Shown here: positions 37,726-47,653 of the stretch, piece after piece | How the letters are laid out: each line of letters starts with the position of its first letter | How positions within the stretch are numbered: position 1 is the first letter of the stretch | Source of the DNA: Candidatus Woesearchaeota archaeon | Lineage (GTDB): Archaea > Nanobdellota > Nanobdellia > Woesearchaeales > JACJVV01 | Length of the DNA: 64,000 nt | Direction: 5' to 3' | NCBI GenBank assembly: GCA_020637495.1 | Contig: JACJVV010000001.1 | Span: forward strand, 205,082 to 269,081 | Notes under the pieces: generated by a model | Seen by the model: the letters and a program-made list of their open reading frames with translations, nothing else | Told to the model about the DNA's origin: nothing | Databases searched by the model: none | Program-made: the position numbers and the translations under genes

Positions 37726-39264
37726 TTATTTCCATATCTTGACTTCTTTTATTGTCTTTATATCATTATCATAAAGCTTCCTTATATCATCAAATCCATA
37801 GTATTGCATGATCCCTCTTTCAAGCCCTTGCCCCCATGCAAGTACAGGAACTTCAATCCCCAATAATGGTTTCACTAATTCTGGCCGGAATATTCCTGCT
37901 CCTCCTAATTCAATCCATTCCTTCTTCTCTGGATGAAAAACATCAACTTCTAAGCTTGGTTCTGTGTAAGGGAAATGTGCTGGTCGCATCCTGACTTTTT
38001 CAAAACCTAGTTTCTGATAAAATTCTCGAAGATATCCTTTCAGATGCTTCAATGTCGCATTAGGATCAATGACGATCCCTTCAACCTGATGGAATTCGAA
38101 AAGATGTTTCCATGTCAATGATTCATTCCGGAACACTTTGTTGACAGAGAAGAATTTAGCAGGTAAATCTTCTGGTTTGAGATTTGCAATTGTCCTCGCT
38201 GAAAGAACAGTCGTATGGGTACGTAATAAGTTAACTGATGCTTCATCTTCACTCCATTTTCCGCCCCATCCTCTGCTTCCTGTATCTCCTCCAGTCTCGT
38301 GGATTGCTTTGATCTTCGCTTTAAGTCCTGCAGGTAGTTTTGCTTTTGCAGGATCTTTTATGTAGAATGTGTCCTGTTCAGTCCTTGCTGGATGATCCTG
38401 TGGAACGAACAATGCATCTAAATCCCAAAAAGCTGATTGTATAAGATTCCCTTCCATCTCTTTGAAGCCTAGTTCAAGCCAGACTTTCTTGATGTAATCA
38501 ATACTTTGTCTCACAAAGTGTCTCTTTCCTCCAGAAATCTTAGGCACATTGATCTTGATATCATAATGCCTAAATCTGTTATCCTTCCAGTTTCCAGATT
38601 TGAGCATCTCATGAGTTATGCTGTCTTCATAATTAACGCTTAATGAAGATTTGTCTTGCAGGAGCTCTTCTGCTTTTGGTTTGAGAGAAATCGTAATAAT
38701 GAGCTGTGAATCTAGTTTGATTATCTGTCTTCTTTTTGATAAATTGTCATATGCAAACCTCTCCTCATCTTTCAATGCTGAAAGCTCTATCGGGAAGGAT
38801 TTATTCAAGAATTGCTCCTCTAAACTTTCCTTTTCCAATATTTTTTTTCCTTGTGGGGCAATCTTTGCAAAAAGTCTCTTATCTTTGTTTTCTGTCGATA
38901 TAGCAACCTTGCTCTTGAGTGCACCAAGAGAAACACCTGCTTCTTGCTGAGAGAGACCTGCTTCTTGCTGAATATCATCCAATGAAACAAAATCTTCAGG
39001 AGTCTTGTTAAGAACTTTCAGAAATCTCATCTCAGGAAGGCCGTCTTTTGCATATAGCAAGCCATTGTCATCAAGAGCAATCATCTCTCTCCTAGACTTG
39101 TTTATTGTAAGAATATCCTTGTTAGAGAGCCATTGTAATGCACGCATTACCTCAACATCCTTAAGCTTTGTCTGTTCCATCAACTCTTCAAAAGAAACAT
39201 TGTCCTTCAGGAAAGGAATAACTTTACGTTCAAGAGGATGAAGTTGGTCAGCTATCATTATCAT
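37726..39264 (-). CDS. pheS: Phenylalanine--tRNA ligase alpha subunit (archaeal/eukaryal type)
   Basis: Class II aaRS motifs, FRPELVKPLLGIEVPVLAWGQGLERGIMQYYG at the C-terminus; N-terminal wH repeats. Confidence 0.9.
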   Translation of the reverse strand: MIMIADQLHPLERKVIPFLKDNVSFEELMEQTKLKDVEVMRALQWLSNKDILTINKSRREMIALDDNGLLYAKDGLPEMRFLKVLNKTPEDFVSLDDIQQEAGLSQQEAGVSLGALKSKVAISTENKDKRLFAKIAPQGKKILEKESLEEQFLNKSFPIELSALKDEERFAYDNLSKRRQIIKLDSQLIITISLKPKAEELLQDKSSLSVNYEDSITHEMLKSGNWKDNRFRHYDIKINVPKISGGKRHFVRQSIDYIKKVWLELGFKEMEGNLIQSAFWDLDALFVPQDHPARTEQDTFYIKDPAKAKLPAGLKAKIKAIHETGGDTGSRGWGGKWSEDEASVNLLRTHTTVLSARTIANLKPEDLPAKFFSVNKVFRNESLTWKHLFEFHQVEGIVIDPNATLKHLKGYLREFYQKLGFEKVRMRPAHFPYTEPSLEVDVFHPEKKEWIELGGAGIFRPELVKPLLGIEVPVLAWGQGLERGIMQYYGFDDIRKLYDNDIKTIKEVKIWK

Positions 39265-39312
39265 GCTTAGTTGTTAAAAGGTTTATAAAAATTGTGCAGA
39301 AAAAATAAAAGA

Positions 39313-39331
39313 AATTGTAGAAAATCTACAA
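39313..39331 (-). terminator. Hairpin plus T-tract downstream of the TrmB-family gene
   Basis: ATTGTAG-aaaat-CTACAAT palindrome immediately after the stop, followed on the minus strand by TTTCTTTTATTTTTTCT. Confidence 0.3.
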
Positions 39332-40147
39332 TCATTTGGCTTTGACTTCAGCTTTCTTCATCCCTTTCCATGCAACCTCAAATAAAGTCTGCAAAGCAGA
39401 AGCGAAGAAAGGAGTGTTTACCCATATACCAATATCATAAGTAGGGTGCACTTCTTCGTCATCTAATACCATGAATACAAGTTCTTTACCATCTACAATG
39501 ACAAATCTTGCCTTAGCTTCGGTATTCCTGACTTCAGCAACACTTGCTACATCTTTGACAGCTGCCATATTCTGTTTTGTGATTGGAGCAGCAATCCTTA
39601 TCTTAACACCACGTTTCTTTAGCTTCTCAAAGACAGGTTTAAGCCCTTCAATCTTTCTCATAAGACCTTGAGATGTTGTCATAATCTCTACTGTGCTTTC
39701 TGCATTCCTTATTGTCAATTCAAGATGATTGTAAAGATTGTGCCTTCCGCGTAGACTTCCTGACAAGTCTGTAGGTTCCACGAGTTCAACACCTTGAGAA
39801 TGCAATGTGTTCAATTCATCAAGAAGTTCATTATCCTTAAGTTCTTCAAGTCTCTTGATCCTTTCATCTGCCTCGATCTTCATATTCTTCTTGACTCGTT
39901 CTACAACTTCCTGAGGCGGGATTGCAATATATTTGATAGGTTTACCTAGCTTCATAACGACAAAACCCTTCTTCTCAAGGCTCTCAAGAACATCATATGA
40001 CCGTGATCTTGGAACATTTGCGATATCGCTCAATTCACCTGCTGTAGAAACTCCTCTGGACAATAGAGCTGCCCATATCTTTACCTCGTAAAGGTTGAGT
40101 GAAAAAAAACGTCTTAGCTTGCTTAAAAATTCCTCTTTAACAATCAT
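39332..40147 (-). CDS. TrmB-family transcriptional regulator (paralogue 1)
   Basis: wHTH LYEVKIWAALLSRGVSTAGELSDIANVPRSRSYDVLESLEKKGFVVMKLGKPIKYIA. Full-length alignment with the paralogue at 46657-47466. Confidence 0.8.
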   Translation of the reverse strand: MIVKEEFLSKLRRFFSLNLYEVKIWAALLSRGVSTAGELSDIANVPRSRSYDVLESLEKKGFVVMKLGKPIKYIAIPPQEVVERVKKNMKIEADERIKRLEELKDNELLDELNTLHSQGVELVEPTDLSGSLRGRHNLYNHLELTIRNAESTVEIMTTSQGLMRKIEGLKPVFEKLKKRGVKIRIAAPITKQNMAAVKDVASVAEVRNTEAKARFVIVDGKELVFMVLDDEEVHPTYDIGIWVNTPFFASALQTLFEVAWKGMKKAEVKAK

Positions 40148-40452
40148 TTTGTACCTTCCCCCTTTTTTATTGCTGTTGGTTGTTGTCCCAACACGACAAT
40201 AAAAAAATTGTACTACTATTAATATGTTACGGTTTTTACCTATCGTATAGTTACTAAAATGGAAATTAATGTATTTTGATTAACTCCACCCTTGTGACAA
40301 TAGGTTACTATAAGGTGAAGTATGTTTATAAAAATTTAGATTGTCCAAATTGGAGATTCAAAATCATAATTTGAGCTAATCAAAAGCACAGTAGCAATGA
40401 AGCAGAAGATTATATAGGTATAGATGCTGAAAAAAAGAATTAACTTTATATA

Positions 40453-41037
40453 ATGCTATTGTTTGAATTGAGAGTAATAATGGCAGGCTCTGAGTTTGAT
40501 GGAATGTGGGATGGATTTAATGTCCTTGGTGAATTTATCTCAGGATTATTCAAAAGTGAAAATACTCTTGCATTATATTTTGTCGTTCTGCTACTAATGA
40601 CTGTAGTGATCTGGAGCATACTCAAGGTCATTTTGAGCAAAGTCCCGATATTCAAAGGAGAAGGAGATGCGACATTAAATGCTCCAGGAAATATCATAGC
40701 ATGGTGCATATCCCTACTCACCATCATATCTATCGGATGGCAGATGAGAGAGAAGGGTGGTCCAGAATATATGATAGAAGCATTGACAGGCCCTTATGGA
40801 AATATCGTCATGTTTGCAGCTATGATAATACTTGCATATAGCACATATCAAGGAATGGAAGATCAAGATAAATGGTCAAGAATACTATATTCATTTGGAC
40901 CAGCATTAGCTATATATTTCTGGTTTACAAGTTATAGTGCAAGAGGTATGAGCCCTGTGGCATTCCTATTTGCATTTTTCTTGCTTGTCATTTTCATAAT
41001 CGGGATATTCCAGAAAGTCAAAGGAGATTACTACTAA
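40453..41037 (+). CDS. Polytopic membrane protein, hypothetical
   Basis: 194 aa, about 5 hydrophobic helices. 1-nt gap to the next ORF. Confidence 0.45.
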   Translation: MLLFELRVIMAGSEFDGMWDGFNVLGEFISGLFKSENTLALYFVVLLLMTVVIWSILKVILSKVPIFKGEGDATLNAPGNIIAWCISLLTIISIGWQMREKGGPEYMIEALTGPYGNIVMFAAMIILAYSTYQGMEDQDKWSRILYSFGPALAIYFWFTSYSARGMSPVAFLFAFFLLVIFIIGIFQKVKGDYY

Positions 41038-41038
41038 A

Positions 41039-41956
41039 ATGGCATTCGAAAGCATGGTATCAATGGCTGAAGTGGTTTTCATGCTGATAGTAGTATATGC
41101 TTTCTGGAGAAAAATACGTAGAGGAAAAGGAAGAGGAGCAGAAGTTGCAAGGATAAAGGATTCTCAAATGGAAGACAGAGCAAATAGGCACCTTATGGAA
41201 GATGAGCAGAAATTTGTGCAAATAGCTCCTAAAGTTGAGGCTGCTGAGAAAAAAGAAGAGCATGAGATGAGTGAACTTTCCCATATAGTAGATTCATTGC
41301 ATACTAAAGTGCAACTTGAAAGGACACGGATAGTGCCTATAGTGCAAAAGATGTTGGCTGCAGAAAGCCATGAACATCTCAAAGAAGCTGGAGAAGGAAT
41401 ACCTGAAGCAGGTGAGATAGAAAAGATATGCACTGAAGAGAATCATCTTATTGACATGGTATGGAAATTACTTCTTGAATCAAATCATATAAGCAAGAGA
41501 GTAGTTGATTTTGTTTCGCATGAGGACAAAGTGTTGCATAAAGACATACATAAAATCGACGTTGCTGAACGTGAACTAAAAGCTGAAGGCGGAGAGAGCC
41601 ATGTTGAGGCAAAACGAGTACATGAAGAGAATAGAGAGATAAGAAGAGAAGAGAATGAACTAGAAGGTCTTATGACCATAGAGAAGAAGATACTGCATGA
41701 ATTACAGTCTACAAGAAGAAAATGCCGTTTCATCACACATATGAATGATGATGTCATAAGACTGGTAAGATCACATAAAGATAGGGTTTCTGAACAAAAA
41801 GCCATAGCGGAAAGAGTAGGTAAAGACATACATAGGAAAGCAGATGCGATTGCTGATATAGTTTTGAGTGTTAAAGTGTTGCAGTCATATGAAAAAGATG
41901 CAATAGGAGAAACTGAAAAAGCAATTCAGGAAGCAAGGAAGGTAGAAAAAGCATAA
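41039..41956 (+). CDS. Membrane-anchored, His/Glu/Lys-rich predicted coiled-coil protein, hypothetical
   Basis: N-terminal TM MVSMAEVVFMLIVVYAFW, then about 280 aa of charged heptad-like sequence with more than 20 His (HEHLKE, HKDIHKID, SHVEAKRVHEEN). Confidence 0.45.
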   Translation: MAFESMVSMAEVVFMLIVVYAFWRKIRRGKGRGAEVARIKDSQMEDRANRHLMEDEQKFVQIAPKVEAAEKKEEHEMSELSHIVDSLHTKVQLERTRIVPIVQKMLAAESHEHLKEAGEGIPEAGEIEKICTEENHLIDMVWKLLLESNHISKRVVDFVSHEDKVLHKDIHKIDVAERELKAEGGESHVEAKRVHEENREIRREENELEGLMTIEKKILHELQSTRRKCRFITHMNDDVIRLVRSHKDRVSEQKAIAERVGKDIHRKADAIADIVLSVKVLQSYEKDAIGETEKAIQEARKVEKA

Positions 41957-42135
41957 AAATCTTGTTGGAATTCTTTTTATTATTAAAAATAATTAATGAA
42001 AAAGTATTAAATACACTTATAAGACCCTAATTATGAATATAATCTCCATATGAAATCAAAGGGGCACTAGAGTTTAAAAATATATATCCTAAAATGGTTA
42101 TTTTCAAAACGAAGTATTTAAATATGAAAGCCTCT

Positions 42136-42149
42136 TTTTATTTATAAAT
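42136..42149 (+). promoter_or_regulatory. TATA box/BRE-like promoter of tbp
   Basis: ttttatttataaat about 35-45 nt upstream of the tbp start codons. GGGGGT SD-like element 6 nt before the second ATG. Confidence 0.4.
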
Positions 42150-42184
42150 TCCTTTAAAAAGGAAATATACTTGGGGGTATGCAA

Positions 42185-42739
42185 ATGGCAAAACCAGAAC
42201 CAAAAAATATCAGAATTGTAAATATTGTTGTATCAACTTCTTTTGAAAAAGCTATTCCGCTTGAAAAGATGGCTGCTACACTCTCTAATACAGAGTATAA
42301 TCCAGAACAGTTCCCTGGGTTGGTCATTAGGATAAAGGAACCTAAGACTTCTGCATTAATCTTTTCGTCAGGAAAAATTGTCTGTACAGGTGCAAGAACA
42401 ATGGAAGAGGTTGATGAAAGCATCAAGCAGATAATAAAGAGTCTTGAAAAAATAAATGTGAAGATAACAATCAAACCAGAGATCACCATACAGAATATAG
42501 TCGCTTCAGGAGAGATAGGTATAATATTGAATCTTAATGAGCTTGCAATGAAGCTTGAAAACACAGAATATGAACCAGAGCAATTCCCAGGATTGGTATA
42601 TAAGCTGAGGGATTGTCAAGCAACATTCCTGCTGTTCAGCAACGGAAAAATTGTCTGCACTGGAACAAAATCTGACGAAGATATAGGCATTGCTGTTGAC
42701 AAGTTGATTGAAAACCTGAAGAAAGTCAACAAGAAATAG
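42185..42739 (+). CDS. tbp: TATA-box binding protein
   Basis: Two direct repeats: NIVVSTSFEKAIPLEKMAATLSNTEYNPEQFPGLVIRIKEPKTSALIFSSGKIVCTGA and NIVASGEIGIILNLNELAMKLENTEYEPEQFPGLVYKL...NGKIVCTG. The alternative start is ATG 42179. Confidence 0.9.
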   Translation: MAKPEPKNIRIVNIVVSTSFEKAIPLEKMAATLSNTEYNPEQFPGLVIRIKEPKTSALIFSSGKIVCTGARTMEEVDESIKQIIKSLEKINVKITIKPEITIQNIVASGEIGIILNLNELAMKLENTEYEPEQFPGLVYKLRDCQATFLLFSNGKIVCTGTKSDEDIGIAVDKLIENLKKVNKK

Positions 42740-42749
42740 ATAGCGATCT

Positions 42750-42770
42750 TCCAAGGAAAACCCCCTTGGA
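42750..42770 (+). terminator. Stem-loop plus pyrimidine-rich tract after tbp
   Basis: TCCAAGG-aaaaccc-CCTTGGA 11 nt after the TAG, followed by cattgttcattttgcttc. Confidence 0.3.
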
Positions 42771-42903
42771 CATTGTTCATTTTGCTTCATTAGCACTGGA
42801 CAAGTACAGATAAACTATTTTAATGATAGTGTAAGCTATATTCAAGTAATGGAAAGGGTTAGAAAAAATTCAGCAAGAATCTGCTGGAAGGTAAAAGAGG
42901 AAA

Positions 42904-44910
42904 ATGGAAGTACAGACCCAAATAAGAGTTCTGCAGGAGTTTCTAGAGAGACATTACCATTCTAAGCTTCTTGATGCAATAAGCAAAGGGGATAGATCAT
43001 TGAAAATTAATTTTGCACTCCTGGCAAAATTCAACCCTGAGATTGCGGATATACTTCTTGATCAGCCTGAAGAAACCTTAAAAGCATTAGAGATTGCTGT
43101 AGAACAGTTCGACCTTCCAAACCAGATAAAGAACTTCACCATCAGGATAGATAATCTTCCTCGTACGCAAAGAGTTCTTTTGAGAGATATAAGAAGTGAA
43201 CACCTCGGTAAATTCCTATGGTTCGAGGGTGTAGTAAGGCAGAAGAGCGACGTAAGGCCACAAGTGACTGCCGCAAGATTTGAATGTCCTAGTTGCGGTA
43301 ACATCATACCTGTATTGCAATTGGATAAGCAATTCAAAGAACCCAGCAAATGCGGATGTGGAAGAAAAGGAAAATTCAATCTCCTTTCTAAGGAATTAAT
43401 TGATGCTCAGCACCTTAAATTAGAAGAATTAAGCGAAGACCTCGAGGGAGGAGACCAGCCAAAAAGAATGAACATATTCCTAAAGAATGATTTGGTCTCA
43501 CCTATCAATGAAAAGAAAACAAGTCCTGGTAGTGCAATAAAGGTTATGGGTGTCGTCAAAGAAGTCCCTGTAATAATGAGGACTGGATCAAAAAGCACGG
43601 TGTTTGATCTATTGATAGAGGCCAATAATATCGAAGCAATACAAGAAGATTATACTGATATAAAGATCTCAAAAGAAGATATCAAGAAGATAAAAGAAAT
43701 AGGGAGGGATCCAAATCTCTACCAAAAGATGATATCTTCTGTAGCTCCAAGCATATATGGCCATGAGCTGATAAAAGAGGCATTAGTGCTCCAATTAATG
43801 GGTGGCGTAAGGAAGCAAAGAAAAGATGGAGTAACAACTAGAGGGGATATTCATGTATTATTAGTAGGGGACCCTGGAAGCGGTAAATCACAGATGATAA
43901 GACGTGTACAGAAAGTAGCTCCAAAAGGAAAGTATGTCTCAGGAAAAGGGGCTTCAGGAGCAGGTCTCACTGCATCTGTCGTAAAGGATGAATTCCTGCA
44001 AGACTGGGCTCTTGAGGCTGGAGCATTAGTGCTCGCAAATAAAGGTATGTGCTGCATAGATGAACTTGACAAGATGTCAAGAGACGATACTAGCGCGATG
44101 CACGAAGCATTAGAGCAGCAGACAGTCACTATATCAAAGGCGAACATTCAGGCAACATTAAGGTCAGAAACAACTGTCTTGGCTGCAGCAAACCCCAAAT
44201 TCGGAAGATTCGATCCTTATAGCACAATAGCTGAGCAGATAAATCTTCCCGTCACACTGATCAACAGATTTGATTTAATTTTTCCAGTAAGGGATATGCC
44301 TGATGAGAAGAAAGATTCACAGCTCGCATCATTCATATTAAAAGTTCACCAGAATCTGAGTGTTGCAGAATCACCTTTAGATACTGAATTCCTAAGAAAA
44401 TATGTAGCCTATGTTAGACAAAATGTGTTCCCTAACCTGACTGATTCAGCAATTGAAGAGCTGAAGAAATATTATCTGCAGATGAGAAATTCTGGAAATT
44501 CAAAAAGCGTGCCTATCACAGCAAGACAGTTGGAGGGCCTTGTAAGATTAGCTGAAGCAAATGCCCGTCTACGGCTAGCTGATAAGATAACAAGGACTGA
44601 TGCACAAAAAGCAGTAAATCTTGTGCATCATTGCCTAAAACTTATCGCATTTGATGAAGAGACAGGAACTTTTGATGTAGATAGAATCGCAACAGATACA
44701 CCTGGTTCACAGAGAAACAAGATATTGACAATAAAAGAAATAATAAATGATCTTGAAGGGAAGATTGGGAAAACAATACCAATGGATGATATAGAAGAGA
44801 TGGCAAGAGAGAAAGGCCTCAATGATGAGGATATAACAGAAGTCGTCGACAAATTAAAGAGAAGCGGTGATATCTTTGAACCAAAAAGAGGTTTTATTCA
44901 AAAGATTTAA
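42904..44910 (+). CDS. mcm: MCM replicative helicase
   Basis: Zn finger CPSCGN...CGCG; Walker A GDPGSGKSQM; Walker B/MCM box CCIDELDKM; arginine finger SRFDLIF; C-terminal wH. Confidence 0.95.
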   Translation: MEVQTQIRVLQEFLERHYHSKLLDAISKGDRSLKINFALLAKFNPEIADILLDQPEETLKALEIAVEQFDLPNQIKNFTIRIDNLPRTQRVLLRDIRSEHLGKFLWFEGVVRQKSDVRPQVTAARFECPSCGNIIPVLQLDKQFKEPSKCGCGRKGKFNLLSKELIDAQHLKLEELSEDLEGGDQPKRMNIFLKNDLVSPINEKKTSPGSAIKVMGVVKEVPVIMRTGSKSTVFDLLIEANNIEAIQEDYTDIKISKEDIKKIKEIGRDPNLYQKMISSVAPSIYGHELIKEALVLQLMGGVRKQRKDGVTTRGDIHVLLVGDPGSGKSQMIRRVQKVAPKGKYVSGKGASGAGLTASVVKDEFLQDWALEAGALVLANKGMCCIDELDKMSRDDTSAMHEALEQQTVTISKANIQATLRSETTVLAAANPKFGRFDPYSTIAEQINLPVTLINRFDLIFPVRDMPDEKKDSQLASFILKVHQNLSVAESPLDTEFLRKYVAYVRQNVFPNLTDSAIEELKKYYLQMRNSGNSKSVPITARQLEGLVRLAEANARLRLADKITRTDAQKAVNLVHHCLKLIAFDEETGTFDVDRIATDTPGSQRNKILTIKEIINDLEGKIGKTIPMDDIEEMAREKGLNDEDITEVVDKLKRSGDIFEPKRGFIQKI

Positions 44911-44964
44911 AATTTCATCCTAATTCATGAAACAAATTACTAAGATATTATTTGGGGGCAAATA

Positions 44965-45612
44965 ATGGAAGAGGAAAGAAAAGCAGAAAGACAAACTGCA
45001 AAAATAGTATCCATAAAAGAGATAAGTACTGGAAAATACTTAAAACAGGAAGGTTGGGAGCCTAACTATATACTTACAAGGTCCAATGAGAAGGTTTCTA
45101 GAGCGAATGTAATAGGTGTAGTAGTCACTGTTCCTGAAAATTCAAGCTCGGCATTCATAGATGATGGGACAGGAAAGATAGAATTGAGAAGCTTTGATGG
45201 AGGTCCTAATTTCAGCAATATCACAATAGGAGATATACTCATAGTGATTGGAAGACCAAGAGAATATAACAATGAGATATATATCAATGCTGAGGTAATC
45301 AGAAAAATCGAGAATAAAGGGTGGCTGGAGTTTAGGAAGAAAGAGATTGCCCTTAAGAATCTACATGCTGGTGAGGATATTGAACAAGAGAACGAACAGG
45401 TCAAAGATGAAAATGTTGAACCTCAAAAAATTGAAGAGATAGATTTGATTGATTCCTTGCTAATGAAGATCAAAGAACTAGATAAAGGTGAAGGATGTAA
45501 TATAGAGGAACTAGGCGAAACTTTTGAGAATGCCGATGATATAGTAAGCCAATTACTCCTAAGAGGAGAAATCTTTGAGATTGCACCAGGTAGAGTGAAA
45601 GTCCTCGAATAG
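44965..45612 (+). CDS. OB-fold protein with C-terminal winged helix (RPA32/Stn1-like), hypothetical
   Basis: OB pattern VSRANVIGVVVTVPENSSSAFIDDGTGKIELRSF...GDILIVIGRP; C-terminal EELGETFENADDIVSQLLLRGEIFEIAPGRVKVLE resembles an RPA32 wH. Directly downstream of mcm. Confidence 0.45.
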   Translation: MEEERKAERQTAKIVSIKEISTGKYLKQEGWEPNYILTRSNEKVSRANVIGVVVTVPENSSSAFIDDGTGKIELRSFDGGPNFSNITIGDILIVIGRPREYNNEIYINAEVIRKIENKGWLEFRKKEIALKNLHAGEDIEQENEQVKDENVEPQKIEEIDLIDSLLMKIKELDKGEGCNIEELGETFENADDIVSQLLLRGEIFEIAPGRVKVLE

Positions 45613-45669
45613 ATAATATTCTTACGAAACTTTATTTATATGAATAATTGGTCGATAATCTTAAATCAT

Positions 45670-46539
45670 TCATAACCGACATATAAACAGAGGAGTAACA
45701 AAAACTTCTATGATAGTCGCTATGAATACTACTCCTATTGATATCAGAATCAATGTGGTCGCATCAATCATTATCTTCTCAAACTCTTTTGTGCCAAAAT
45801 TATGCTTCACTAATGCAACAGAAATAATTCCCCCGGCAAGACCTGCAATGAAATATGCAAGTATTTCAGGAATCCCATGTGTGAGATAGCGCGTCAATGC
45901 ACATCCTGTCCCTTGCATCACTGCAACAGCAATACTTCCAGTAGTGGCGCCGATTATTGTCATTGCATATTTACCTGCCGCTAATCCTATAACAGATGCA
46001 TTCCAAGTTATGATGAAGATTGCACCTGCACCAAAAACAAATGAGAAAAGGATGCAGAAGATCATCACTTTTATATTATTCTCAAATATATTTACAGCAT
46101 AATCTAAGGTAATACTAACTTTATTATCGATCGCCTTCCCATTGATTGATCTTATCGTATCAGATTGGACCTGAAAGATAGACTCTGAGTTAACTCCCAT
46201 TCCTGGAAAAGACGAGAAGATCATGTACCAAAGCATAAAGGCAAACATCATCCCTATGAATAGGAAAATAAAAAATGATATAGCTTTTGAATGCTCTTTA
46301 AGCAATCCTCTCTCACCCTTCTCTGTTGAGACATCCTTCTGTTCCTCATAAATCATTGTCAGATAGAACAATGGCACAAAAAACAATGTCGTCAAAGCCA
46401 CTATTGCAAGACTTGCATGATTCGGGAAGATGTAATTCCCAAGAAATATTGCTATGCTTGAGCATATAAATCCAAGCAGCAAAGTGACCCAAGGGTATCT
46501 CTCTGCAGATTTTGGGCTGAGTAATGATTCAAATACCAT
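45670..46539 (-). CDS. Polytopic membrane protein (DUF95/SpoIIM-like, tentative)
   Basis: 289 aa, 6-7 hydrophobic helices. Family assignment is weak. Confidence 0.4.
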   Translation of the reverse strand: MVFESLLSPKSAERYPWVTLLLGFICSSIAIFLGNYIFPNHASLAIVALTTLFFVPLFYLTMIYEEQKDVSTEKGERGLLKEHSKAISFFIFLFIGMMFAFMLWYMIFSSFPGMGVNSESIFQVQSDTIRSINGKAIDNKVSITLDYAVNIFENNIKVMIFCILFSFVFGAGAIFIITWNASVIGLAAGKYAMTIIGATTGSIAVAVMQGTGCALTRYLTHGIPEILAYFIAGLAGGIISVALVKHNFGTKEFEKIMIDATTLILISIGVVFIATIIEVFVTPLFICRL

Positions 46540-46608
46540 GAATCAATTCTAGAATAGCGTATTTATATTGTTTTAGTTTTTATCATAGCTTACGCTAAGT
46601 GGAAAAAA

Positions 46609-46644
46609 CCTGGAAAAAACCCCCAGAGGAGATTTTTTCCAGGA
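46609..46644 (-). terminator. Strong hairpin plus T-tract downstream of TrmB paralogue 2
   Basis: 11-bp arms CCTGGAAAAAA ... TTTTTTCCAGG with a 14-nt loop; on the minus strand followed by TTTTTTCCAC. Confidence 0.35.
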
Positions 46645-46656
46645 AAAAGAGGTGAT

Positions 46657-47466
46657 CTAAAGTTTGTTCAATGGTGTCAATTTCTTCCAATTCAGAGCAA
46701 ATAAACTTGACATAGTTGCTGCAAAAAATGGTGAGTTGACCCACACACCAGAATCATAATTTGGATGCACATCGGCATCATCTACCAACATAAACGTCAA
46801 TTGATTATCATCGACGATAATAAATCTTCCAAGATTCGCATCAGAGTTCCTAACATCTGCATATTCTGAAAGTTTTTTTGCTGCTTCCATATTATCTTTT
46901 GTGATAGGAGCGACAATCTGTATCTTAACACCATTTTCTTTAGCCCTATAGAGAGCACGTCTAAAGCTTTCAGCTTTCCTATTAAGACCGTCTTTTGTGG
47001 TGACAATGGTGATTGACTTTTCAGCAGATTTCATCATTGATTCAAGATGGGTATATAGGTTATTTCTTCCTTTGAAACTTCCAGAAAGCTCTGATGGATC
47101 GACCATGTCGATACCTTTTGAATGTAATAGATTTAGTTCCTTAAGCATCTCACTGTCCCTAAGATTGTCCAGGCTCTGGCTGCTGTGTTCAGCTTCTTCC
47201 ATAATCCTTTGCTTAACTCTCTCCAGAACATCAGATGGCTTAACTGCAATATATTTGATAGGTTTTCCAAGCTTCATAACAACAAAGCCTTTTTTCTCAA
47301 GACTCTCAAGAACATCGTAAGATCTTGATCTTGGAACATTTGCGATATCACTTAATTCGCCTGCAGTAGAAACACCTCTTGACAGCAATGCTGCCCATAG
47401 CTTAGCTTCATATGAATTCAGTCCAAGCACGTTTAGCTTATTTAAAAATTCTTTTTGAACAATCAT
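46657..47466 (-). CDS. TrmB-family transcriptional regulator (paralogue 2)
   Basis: MIVQKEFLNKL...AKLWAALLSRGVSTAGELSDIANVPRSRSYDVLESLEKKGFVVMKLGKPIKYIA is identical over about 50 aa to paralogue 1 and collinear over the full length. TATA tttataaa about 30 nt upstream. Confidence 0.8.
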   Translation of the reverse strand: MIVQKEFLNKLNVLGLNSYEAKLWAALLSRGVSTAGELSDIANVPRSRSYDVLESLEKKGFVVMKLGKPIKYIAVKPSDVLERVKQRIMEEAEHSSQSLDNLRDSEMLKELNLLHSKGIDMVDPSELSGSFKGRNNLYTHLESMMKSAEKSITIVTTKDGLNRKAESFRRALYRAKENGVKIQIVAPITKDNMEAAKKLSEYADVRNSDANLGRFIIVDDNQLTFMLVDDADVHPNYDSGVWVNSPFFAATMSSLFALNWKKLTPLNKL

Positions 47467-47653
47467 TAATACCACCACAATAGTTGTTTATAAATGCCCC
47501 CTTCTTTTTCCCATATAACCCAATATCAATGAAAATGGCCCTGGTATATTTAAATATTTCGCTTATTTAGTATTTTAAAGTAGTAACACTATTAGGATAT
47601 TTTAATAGAATCAAGCTAAGTATATAAATAGATAAGATTATAGTAAAGCCTAT

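Noticed and set aside
42849-42903. Short upstream ORF (MERVRKNSARICWK...) before mcm
   Set aside because: It is out of frame with mcm, terminates within a few codons past the mcm start, and has no support. It is more likely 5' leader sequence containing the AGAGGA SD.
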